A DNA stretch of 64,000 nt. Source: Candidatus Rariloculaceae bacterium (lineage in GTDB: Bacteria > Pseudomonadota > Gammaproteobacteria > Steroidobacterales > Rariloculaceae). The stretch is from the NCBI GenBank assembly GCA_965237785.1, contig OZ250159.1, positions 2,382,204 to 2,446,203 on the forward strand. The letters are read 5' to 3'. The number at the start of each line of letters is the position of its first letter. The stretch's first letter is position 1. Below the pieces are notes generated by a model. The model was not told the DNA's origin and made no database searches. It was given only the letters and a program-made list of their open reading frames with translations. Made by a program: the position numbers and the translations under genes. Positions 36,165-44,066 of this stretch are shown one piece after another.

Positions 36165-37925
36165 ATGACGTTCAGCGTTCGCGGAACGGAACCGATCGAC
36201 GCGCTTGTTGAGCAAGCGCTGCATCGATTGTCGCAAGGCGAGCCGCCCGAACGCATCGAACTGGAGCGGCTGGACTTCAAGGAAGAGCCGGGCCGACGAG
36301 GTTCCGATGGGACCGTTTCCCCTGGCGGGACGACCAATGAGCACGCCGCCGCGCACTTGGCGGCGGAAATGGCTTGCATGGCGAACACTCCAGGCGGCGG
36401 CGCGGTCATTGTAGGCGTCTCCGACGATGGCGCCCGGATAGGTACACGACTCGACGCGGACTGGCTCCGCCATCGCATCTGGGAGCTCACCTCGCATCAA
36501 CTGACGATCGCGGTCCGCGAGGAACGTCTTGACGAATGCCGCCTCTTGATCCTGACCTGCATCGAGGCACTCGCGCCCGTCCGCTACCGCAGGAAGCTGC
36601 GGTGGCGGGTGGGTACCAACTGCGTCGAAGTCGATCCGGTCGTCTGGCAATCGAGGATGCTGGAGAGGGTCGGCTTCGACTGGTCGGATCAGCCGTCCGG
36701 CCAGACCCTGGACGATGTGAGCCCGGCCGCCATCGAGGTTGCCCGGCGTTACCTGCGGGACGCCAACGGCGACGACTCCGCCACCAGCCTGACCAACGCC
36801 ACGGACGCCGATCTCCTCCGGCGGCTGAATCTGGTCAAGGGCTCGCGCGAGCTCACCAACGCCGGATCGCTGCTGTTCGTGGCGACTCCGTGGCCGGCCG
36901 TCGACTACATTCGCCGCGACCTGCCGGGAGGCGACAGCACGCTTCGCATTGAGGGCGCCGGGCCGCTGCTCGTGCAAGTGCGCGAGATCGAACAGGCGAG
37001 CCAGGTGGCCAATCGCGTGACGCACACGGCCGAGGGCTTCGCCCACGGCAGGCTCCGGGCGATCCCTCCCAGGACGCTGCGCGAGGCCATCGTGAACGGT
37101 CTCGTCCACCGCGACTGGCTGGCGCCGCGGCCCACCGTCATCGAGCACATCGGCGACACGCTGACCGTGACCTCGCCGGGTGGGTTCGTGGGCGGCGTGA
37201 CGCCCGACAACATCATCACCCACCCGGCGGTCCCCCGCTATCGAAACCTGTCCGAGTCCATGGCCTCTCTGGGTCTGGCCGAGCGAGAGGGGATCGGGGT
37301 CGACAGGATGGTGCGGGACATGCTCGCCATCGGGCGGCCCGCGCCGGTGATCGCGGAGATCGATGGACCCTACGTGCGAGTCGCGCTGCTCGGCGGCACC
37401 CCCGATATCGCCGTCGTCGACTTCGTGTCTGCGCTGACCCCAGCGTGGGCCGGCAGCGTGGAGTCGCTTCTGTTGATAGAACACCTGACCCGGAACGGTT
37501 GGGTGGACGCGGAGTCTGCGACTCCGTTTCTCCAGCGATCTTCGGTGGAGGAAGCCGACGAGGCGATCCGCCGACTGGCGGATGCGCGCCTGGTCGCCGG
37601 CGGTTCGGCCTCCGTGATTACGCGCGTGCAGGGGATCCCCCCGCACCAACCGGTTGCCTTTCGTCTATCCGGCTCGGTCCGGGACCGGCTCGCTCACCGG
37701 CTCGCTACGCTACGTGCCCCCGAAGGCCGCGAAGCGCTGGTTCTGGACTGGAGCCGTGCCCGGGAACGTGTCTCCTCGACCGAGGTTGCCGACCTGACGG
37801 GGCTCAGCAAGGTCTCCGCCGGCAAGCTCCTGACAAGGCTGGAAGCTGTCGGGCATCTCAAGGCGGGACGGTCCGTGCGCAGGGGCCGGGGATTCTTTTA
37901 CGTTCCGGCTGAGCCGGGGGAATGA
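36165..37925 (+). CDS. AlbA_2 (Schlafen-like) + HATPase_c_4 (RecG-C-like) + wHTH putative transcriptional regulator
   Basis: N-terminal ERIELERLDFKEE (AlbA_2 type), central REAIVNGLVHRDW (HATPase_c_4 signature) and C-terminal wHTH-like SSTEVADLTGLSKVSAGKLLTRLEAVGHL. Confidence 0.7.
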   Translation: MTFSVRGTEPIDALVEQALHRLSQGEPPERIELERLDFKEEPGRRGSDGTVSPGGTTNEHAAAHLAAEMACMANTPGGGAVIVGVSDDGARIGTRLDADWLRHRIWELTSHQLTIAVREERLDECRLLILTCIEALAPVRYRRKLRWRVGTNCVEVDPVVWQSRMLERVGFDWSDQPSGQTLDDVSPAAIEVARRYLRDANGDDSATSLTNATDADLLRRLNLVKGSRELTNAGSLLFVATPWPAVDYIRRDLPGGDSTLRIEGAGPLLVQVREIEQASQVANRVTHTAEGFAHGRLRAIPPRTLREAIVNGLVHRDWLAPRPTVIEHIGDTLTVTSPGGFVGGVTPDNIITHPAVPRYRNLSESMASLGLAEREGIGVDRMVRDMLAIGRPAPVIAEIDGPYVRVALLGGTPDIAVVDFVSALTPAWAGSVESLLLIEHLTRNGWVDAESATPFLQRSSVEEADEAIRRLADARLVAGGSASVITRVQGIPPHQPVAFRLSGSVRDRLAHRLATLRAPEGREALVLDWSRARERVSSTEVADLTGLSKVSAGKLLTRLEAVGHLKAGRSVRRGRGFFYVPAEPGE

Positions 37926-38068
37926 TTGGCGGGGCGGAGTTGGTGGCGCAACGGGTTCATGGGATCGCGCTGGGGCATGGGGACCCGGACGAGATCGTCG
38001 GCGCCTACGAGGACGCTTGGGTCAGGACGCGGCTCAAGGATGAATTCCGCGTAAACCTCGAGGCCTGA
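37922..38068 (+). pseudogene. In-frame, internally deleted 3' remnant of tctC
   Basis: Encodes MIGGAELVAQRVHGIALGHGDPDEIVGAYEDAWVRTRLKDEFRVNLEA*. Positions 37979-38016 match 35736-35774 and 38017-38068 match 35909-35961. The native stop/TTGTCCGA junction to tctA is retained. Confidence 0.6.
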
Positions 38069-38071
38069 ACA

Positions 38072-40087
38072 TTGTCCGAAGCGCTGCTCACCGCACTCGC
38101 GAATCTGGCAACGTTCGAGCACCTCTTCCACCTCGCGCTCGGCGTGATGCTGGGACTGGCGGTCGGCGCCTTCCCCGGGCTCGGCGGCATTGCCGGGCTC
38201 GCCATCATGATGCCCTTCCTGTACGGGATGGATACCGTCTCGGCGCTGGCCACGCTGGTGGGCCTGGTCGCGGTGATCCCCACATCCGATACCTTCACTT
38301 CCGTGCTCATGGGGATCCCCGGCTCAAGCGCCAGCCAGGCCACGGTGCTGGACGGCTTCCCCCTGTCGCAGCAGGGGCACGCCGCCCGTGCGCTCTCCGC
38401 CGCGTTCACCGCGTCGCTGATGGGCGGCCTCGTCGGCGCGGTGATCCTCACGCTGTTCGTGCAGGTTGCCCGCCCGCTCATCCTCACGTTCGGCTCGGCA
38501 GAACTGTTCATGCTGGCCCTGCTGGGCCTTTCCATGGTGGGCGTGCTTTCCGGGGCGAGCCTGATCAAGGGACTCGCCGCCTGCGGACTCGGGCTGATCG
38601 TCGGGTCCATCGGCGGCGCGCCCGCGACCGGCGAGTTCCGAATGACATTCGGCGTCGATTATCTCTACGACGGGCTGCCGCTGGTCATCATGGGCATCGG
38701 GCTCTTCGCCTTCCCGGAAATCACCGAACTGCTGCGCAGGAACCGCGCCATCGCTTCAAGCCGCATGCTCGCAGCGGACTGGTTCGAAGGCATTCGGGAC
38801 GTCTTCCGGCACTGGTTCCTGTGTCTGCGATGCGCGGGACTCGGCACCCTGATCGGCGCCATCCCCGGACTCGGAGGCACCGTCGTGGACTGGATCGCCT
38901 ACGGCCACGTCGTGCAGACCGCAAAGGACAAGTCCCGCTTCGGCAAGGGGGACATCCGCGGCGTGCTCGCCCCGGAGTCGGCCAACAACGCCAAGGAAGG
39001 CGGAGGACTGGTGCCGACGCTGCTCTTCGGCATTCCCGGCTCCGGCGGCATGGTGCTGCTGGGGATCGAAGCCGGGCCGGCCATGGTATCCAGCAACCTC
39101 GATCTGACCTATACGATCATCTGGTCGCTGGCGCTGGCGAACGTCCTCGGGGCGGGAAGCTGCATGCTGCTGGCCCGGCCCATTGCGCGGCTGACCACGA
39201 TCCCGTTCAACCTGCTGGCGCCGTTCATGATCGTGGTGGTCAGCTTTGCCGCGTTTCAGGCGACGCGCCAGTTCATGGACCTGGTGGCGCTGCTGGCAGT
39301 GGGGGTGTTGGGGGTGCTGCTGCGCCGGTTCGGGTGGTCGCGGCCGGCGTTTCTGATCGGATTCGTGCTTGCGCCGCAGGCCGAGGGGTATTTGAATCTG
39401 GCGGTGCAGTTTTATGGGTGGGAGATGTTGGCGCGGCCGGGGGTGTTGGTGATTCTTGGGATTACGGTGGTGTCGGTGTGGCTTGGGGCGCGTGGGCAGG
39501 GAGGCAGGGTTCAAGGTGCTCAGCCGGCGGCGGACGGATCGCGTCGAAGCCCGCCGGCCCGGAATGTCGTCCCGCAACTCGCTTTTGTCGGCGGGGCGAT
39601 TGCATTCATGGTCTACGCGGTATGGAGCAGCCTCAGGCTCTCGCCGCTGGGCCGGATATTCCCGCTGAGTGTGGCGGTAGCGACGCTGGTGTTGTGCGTT
39701 GCGTTGGTGGTGGTGTTGAGGTTGAGGCCGTCCGCCAGCCCCGCCAATGTCGACCTTGAGTACGATGCCGAAGGCGCCAATGGCGACTTCGAGCCCGATG
39801 CCGAGGCCGACCCCGGGTCGCGCGGGAGCGGTACGTGGCGAAGCGCCGGTTGGTTCGGCGTGCTGGTCGCGGCGGCGGGCTTGTTGGGCTTTCTGCCGGG
39901 CGCCCTCGTGTTCTTCCTGGCGTTTCTGAGGCGCAAGGCAAAGCAGTCCTGGGGATTGACGCTGGCGCTGACGGCTTGCGTGATCGTGGCCCTAGCGGCC
40001 GTCGCCAACCTCTTGCTGGTGGAATTGCCCGGCGGCCTGATTGCAGAATACGTCGACCAACCCTGGCTGACGGGACAAGTTCGATGA
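38072..40087 (+). CDS. tctA: Tripartite tricarboxylate transporter permease TctA with C-terminal TctB-like 4-TM extension (fusion)
   Basis: TctA-type N-terminus GAFPGLGGIAGLAIMMPFLYGMD...IPGSSASQATVLDG. At 671 aa it exceeds the roughly 500 aa typical of TctA. The last roughly 170 aa are four hydrophobic segments, and no separate tctB gene is present. Confidence 0.8.
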   Translation: MSEALLTALANLATFEHLFHLALGVMLGLAVGAFPGLGGIAGLAIMMPFLYGMDTVSALATLVGLVAVIPTSDTFTSVLMGIPGSSASQATVLDGFPLSQQGHAARALSAAFTASLMGGLVGAVILTLFVQVARPLILTFGSAELFMLALLGLSMVGVLSGASLIKGLAACGLGLIVGSIGGAPATGEFRMTFGVDYLYDGLPLVIMGIGLFAFPEITELLRRNRAIASSRMLAADWFEGIRDVFRHWFLCLRCAGLGTLIGAIPGLGGTVVDWIAYGHVVQTAKDKSRFGKGDIRGVLAPESANNAKEGGGLVPTLLFGIPGSGGMVLLGIEAGPAMVSSNLDLTYTIIWSLALANVLGAGSCMLLARPIARLTTIPFNLLAPFMIVVVSFAAFQATRQFMDLVALLAVGVLGVLLRRFGWSRPAFLIGFVLAPQAEGYLNLAVQFYGWEMLARPGVLVILGITVVSVWLGARGQGGRVQGAQPAADGSRRSPPARNVVPQLAFVGGAIAFMVYAVWSSLRLSPLGRIFPLSVAVATLVLCVALVVVLRLRPSASPANVDLEYDAEGANGDFEPDAEADPGSRGSGTWRSAGWFGVLVAAAGLLGFLPGALVFFLAFLRRKAKQSWGLTLALTACVIVALAAVANLLLVELPGGLIAEYVDQPWLTGQVR

Positions 40088-40235
40088 TGCAGCGGAAGCA
40101 GATCGCGTTGACTTGACAAACCCAATGGCAAATAATTGGCGAAGATGGATGCATACGAGGCTGCGTGAGCGGCGTTCATCGACCGCCGGGAAACCGGTTC
40201 CAGCCGTGCTGGAATATTGAAGCGTACTCGCGAGG

Positions 40236-40262
40236 AAAAGGCCCCTCAAGAAGGGGCCTTTT
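40236..40262. terminator. Bidirectional rho-independent terminator hairpin
   Basis: AAAAGGCCCCT-caaga-AGGGGCCTTTT, an 11-bp perfect stem flanked by A/T tracts on both sides. It lies 7 nt downstream of the stop of the minus-strand 196-aa ORF and about 150 nt after the tctA stop. Confidence 0.7.
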
Positions 40263-40268
40263 GCTCTT

Positions 40269-40859
40269 CTAGCGCCGCTGCGGCCGTATGATCGGTTCAC
40301 CGCGCAGCTTCTTGGCCAACAGTAACTTGCCCCCAATCTTGTACTCCCGCTTGAAGTCGCTTGGCCGACGGATTTTGTGGTGCTCAGTACGGACGTACGC
40401 GCTTTCGACGTAGAGCCTCAAGAAATTGCTGCTCTGGCGAGTCACGTCGAAATAGACCTCATAGACCAGATTCCGCCCTTGGGGATCCAGAATCTCTATT
40501 GCCAGCCAATTGCGATGGCCGGTGAAGTAACACGTTCGACCCGATGGAAGCGACCGTATGATTCCCGGCAAATTCGCCGACCAGCGGTACCGATCAATGC
40601 TAAAGCATCGCTCATTGCCTCGCTCATCAATGACCAGGCAGTCGTGTCCTATCTCAGCAAAGTCAAGTCGCTCGCCACTTGGAGGGCCAGTGGTCACGCA
40701 ATGGCTGCTGTATTGGATCAAAATACCGGCATTGATTTCAGGGTGGCGCTTAGTAGCGGGGATGGTGAATTTAATGTTCGAGTTCTGTAGGTGCCGCAGA
40801 TCATAGATATGACCAGCAACTTGCTTGGAGCCGGCCAGCTTGATTTGACGCCAATGCAC
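40269..40859 (-). CDS. Hypothetical protein (196 aa), orphan gene of islet C
   Basis: Clean ORF with its own terminator and lower G+C (32/60 at 40561-40620). No motif I recognise. Basic C-terminal tail (KKLRGEPIIRPQRR). Confidence 0.5.
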   Translation of the reverse strand: MHWRQIKLAGSKQVAGHIYDLRHLQNSNIKFTIPATKRHPEINAGILIQYSSHCVTTGPPSGERLDFAEIGHDCLVIDERGNERCFSIDRYRWSANLPGIIRSLPSGRTCYFTGHRNWLAIEILDPQGRNLVYEVYFDVTRQSSNFLRLYVESAYVRTEHHKIRRPSDFKREYKIGGKLLLAKKLRGEPIIRPQRR

Positions 40860-41073
40860 CGTGTGTCGCGTGATCTATGGTAGGCCCGTACTCGGGAGTG
40901 CAGGAGTGGCGTCTTGCACTTCCGAGAGTAGTGCGCGAACCGTGAGTCCCTGTTTGCTCTTCGGCCAGAATGCAAGCCCAACACGAATATCCCCCGGTCC
41001 GGCGGCGCCGGCAAGGCGGAAATTTCGACAAAACGGGGGGATTCGCAAGCACAGGTGAGTTGCGCCCCCTGGA

Positions 41074-41159
41074 GCCGCCAATCCGTTGCTGGTAGAACTT
41101 CCTGCGGCCCAATTGCACAATACATCGACCAACCCTGGCTGACAGGACAATTGCGATGA
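41074..41159 (+). pseudogene. Decayed 3' remnant of tctA retaining native junction to the prpF-like gene
   Basis: Aligns to 40001-40087 (...ELP..LIAEYVDQPWLTGQVR* versus ...YIDQPWLTGQLR*) with a 1-nt indel upstream. It ends in an ATGA overlap with the prpF-like start (41156). Confidence 0.55.
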
Positions 41160-42274
41160 CGCAGCGTGCGATTCCATGCATGTTCATGCGCGGCGGAACG
41201 TCCCGCGGTCCGTTTTTCCTGCTCGACGACCTGCCGGCGGATCCCCAGGTTCGCGATCGCGTGCTGCTGGCCGCCATGGGCTCGCCCGACCGGCGCCAGA
41301 TCGACGGACTAGGGGGCGCCGATATGTTGACGAGCAAGGTGGCGATGGTTAGTCCGTCGGAACGGCCGGGTATTGATGTTGACTATCGGTTCGCGCAGGT
41401 GTGGCTCGACAAGGCCATCGTTGATACGTCGCCCTCCTGCGGGAACATGCTCGCCGGCGTTGGACCGTTTGCTATTGAACGCGGGCTGGTGACTGCGGGC
41501 GGGGACGAGACACGGGTTCGTATCTTTGATGTCAACACCGGGAGCCGGATTGAGGCTATCGTCCAGACGCCGGGTGGGACGGTGACGTATGCCGGCGATG
41601 AGCGTATTGATGGGGTGCCGGGCACCGCGGCGCTGATTATGCTCAACTTTACTGATGTGGTGGGGTCCAGGTGCGGCGCGCTGTTGCCGACCGGCGCAGT
41701 TCAGGAAGAAATCGATGGGGTGCCGGTCAGTTGCGTCGATGTGGCCATGCCGATGGTGATTATGCGCGCCGGGGACCTGGGCCTCAGCGGCTACGATTCG
41801 GGTGAGATCACCGGCAATTCGGTCCTCATGCAACGAATTGAGAAGATAAGGCTTGAGGCCGGACGCCGTATGCGGCTCGGCGATGTTGCCGAATCGATCA
41901 TCCCCAAGGTCGGTATCCTGGCACCGCCGCGGCGTGGGGGCGCGGTGTATTCGTGTTACCTGACGCCGCACCACGTCCATGCCGCCCATGCGGTGACCGG
42001 CGCGATCTGTGTGGCTTGCTGTGCGGCGATCCGGGCGACCGTTGCGGGCATTGTTGCCCGGCCACCGGCAAGGCGAGGAATCGGGCCTGCCGCGAACGCC
42101 GTTGAGACCGTCCGCATCGAGCATCCTTCCGGTACCATCGACGTACGCCTGGAAACGGAGGGAGACAGTGCGGAATTGCAGGTTCGGCGTGCCGGCATTG
42201 TTCGCACGTCACGGAAGATCATGGATGGCAGGGTGTTCGTGCACGAAAGAGTCTGGTCGCAGCCTCGCTCCTGA
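41156..42274 (+). CDS. PrpF family protein (AcnD-accessory / 4-oxalomesaconate tautomerase-like isomerase)
   Basis: The N-terminus IPCMFMRGGTSRGPFF and SPSCGNMLAGVGPFA are characteristic of PrpF/GalD. Confidence 0.85.
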   Translation: MTQRAIPCMFMRGGTSRGPFFLLDDLPADPQVRDRVLLAAMGSPDRRQIDGLGGADMLTSKVAMVSPSERPGIDVDYRFAQVWLDKAIVDTSPSCGNMLAGVGPFAIERGLVTAGGDETRVRIFDVNTGSRIEAIVQTPGGTVTYAGDERIDGVPGTAALIMLNFTDVVGSRCGALLPTGAVQEEIDGVPVSCVDVAMPMVIMRAGDLGLSGYDSGEITGNSVLMQRIEKIRLEAGRRMRLGDVAESIIPKVGILAPPRRGGAVYSCYLTPHHVHAAHAVTGAICVACCAAIRATVAGIVARPPARRGIGPAANAVETVRIEHPSGTIDVRLETEGDSAELQVRRAGIVRTSRKIMDGRVFVHERVWSQPRS

Positions 42275-42940
42275 ACGCATCCGGCAGGCGTAGTAGGAAA
42301 GCACGTCAGCTTAGACAAAGCGGATGCATTCGCGGTCAAGGTAGCGCGGGCGGCCCACGTTGAGCAAGGCGAAGAAGTCTTAGCCTAGAGATTGGCACAG
42401 CAGGCAGCGTCAGCGCCGAAGGGGGGTGCGGTCGCGTTGAAGTTCAAGGAGGCGCTTTCCTGTTTCGCGACGGATTTATCGTTTAGACTCGACAACTACC
42501 GTTCCACGATCGACCCCCAAGAGGAAAGGGATCGTCGGGATTCGTAGCGACGAACAACGAATAACCGAATAGTTAGGAACCCAGATGCATTCGGCTTCCG
42601 GGAAATCAATAGCCAACAATCGCGGCGCATGGCGTGGCGAGTCCGCCCGGGTTGCTGAGCATGCCCATGTCAACGGCACGGTCACGATTCTAGCACGCCT
42701 TCTCTGCAGTTCCGTGCAGTGCAATGCATCAGTACTGCCGCTAGGGATCCAACAATGAAAGCGGACATAAAGTCGGCAATTTTTTTGGTGGAGCGATTGA
42801 ACTAGGAAACGCGTTTACGCAGGAAACAAGACGTCGAGCAAAGTTGATTCTGCTTGACAGTTGCCGCCGCCATTTACCGTTTGATGAGAACAGCAGCATA
42901 TTGATACATCAACCATAGACGATATGACTGAGGTTACCAA

Positions 42941-44065
42941 GTGCAGTTATATCAGACGCTGATCAGTCAACCAGAACACGCGCCGCCAGAGTGGAAGATC
43001 GCATGCACTCATAGCGAATCGACGTTGCATCAACTTTCGCCATATATTGGTAAGTTGAAGAGCTCAATCGCATACGATTTGATCGCAGCGTACTCAAGAA
43101 AAGGAGATGTGATCGCGGATGTATTTTGCGGCAGCGGTACGATCCCTCTGGAATCTGCGCGAATGGGACGACGTGTGTTCGCTTCCGATGCGAGCCTCTA
43201 CGCAATAGCGCTAACTAAAGGGAAATTGCGTGCTCCAGATAGCTTGGATGCGGCATTCGCAACCTTGGATAAATGTCTATTGGCAGCACGATCATATCAA
43301 GTGGACCTCCAAGACGTTCCAAAATGGGTTTGCGACTTCTATCACCCGAAAACGCTTAAAGAAACTCTAGGGCTGTTCTCTGTGCTACGTAAGCGTAGAG
43401 AATATTTTCTGCTAGCCTGTCTGCTTGGTATTTCACACCACCAACGCCCAGGCTTCTTATCATTTCCCAGTAGTCATCTTGTTCCATATTTGCGGTCAAG
43501 AAAGTATCCTAGAGACGATTATCCCGAATTGTATGAGTACCGTCCCGTGGAACCTCGTATTCGGGCAAAGGTTGAACGCGCACTAAGACGGTACGAAAGA
43601 ATCGATCCACGCTTGATTCTAGGCGTTCGGCGATCCACAGTACAATTTCTGAGCCCGCCGACAATGGTAAATTGTTTCATTACGAGCCCTCCTTATATGA
43701 ACGCCCTCGATTATGGGCGAGATAATCGGCTTCGAAATTGGTTGTTGTCCGGAAACACTCAGGAGCGAATGGACAGAGGACTCTCCGATGATGAGGGATT
43801 TCGTCGCATGATATCATCATATGCCCGAATACTTACGAAAACATTAGTAATGGGAGGTAAATGTGTGTTCGTGGTAGGCGAAAAATCCAAAAGAAAAACT
43901 GACAGGTTTCCGTCGGAGACTATTTCTGAAATAATGGATCACTTGGCACCAAGTTTGCGACTTGAAGAAATCATAAGTGATAGTATCCCTGACATTAGAC
44001 GTTCGCGGCGCCATCTAACCGGTGTGCGGACAGAAAACATTTTAGTTTACGAACGAAACTCTTAG
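42941..44065 (+). CDS. DNA amino-methyltransferase (N6-adenine or N4-cytosine), motif I before motif IV
   Basis: GDVIADVFCGSGTIPLESARMGRRVFASD (AdoMet motif I region) lies about 180 aa before CFITSPPYMNALDY (motif IV, SPPY). GTG start behind GAGG. Low G+C. Confidence 0.8.
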   Translation: MQLYQTLISQPEHAPPEWKIACTHSESTLHQLSPYIGKLKSSIAYDLIAAYSRKGDVIADVFCGSGTIPLESARMGRRVFASDASLYAIALTKGKLRAPDSLDAAFATLDKCLLAARSYQVDLQDVPKWVCDFYHPKTLKETLGLFSVLRKRREYFLLACLLGISHHQRPGFLSFPSSHLVPYLRSRKYPRDDYPELYEYRPVEPRIRAKVERALRRYERIDPRLILGVRRSTVQFLSPPTMVNCFITSPPYMNALDYGRDNRLRNWLLSGNTQERMDRGLSDDEGFRRMISSYARILTKTLVMGGKCVFVVGEKSKRKTDRFPSETISEIMDHLAPSLRLEEIISDSIPDIRRSRRHLTGVRTENILVYERNS

Positions 44066-44066
44066 T

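Noticed and set aside
36129-37649. 506-aa minus-strand ORF
   Set aside because: It is antisense to the AlbA_2/HATPase_c_4 gene, which has clear family motifs. It is a typical GC-rich shadow ORF.
38756-39759. 273-aa minus and 312-aa plus alternative-frame ORFs inside tctA
   Set aside because: Both overlap the well-supported TctA frame, and their sequences are low-complexity Arg/Gly/His/Pro.
42476-42724. 82-aa minus ORF between the prpF-like gene and the MTase
   Set aside because: It has no motif and an odd composition. It lies in a GC-transition zone and is more likely non-coding or relic DNA.
42854-42929. Possible sigma70 promoters for the MTase operon: TTGACA at 42854-42859, and TTGATA at 42901-42906 with TATGAC at 42923-42928
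   Set aside because: The first has no acceptable -10 element at 16-18 bp spacing. The second would start transcription downstream of the GAGG RBS used by the GTG start. Neither is convincing without mapping data.
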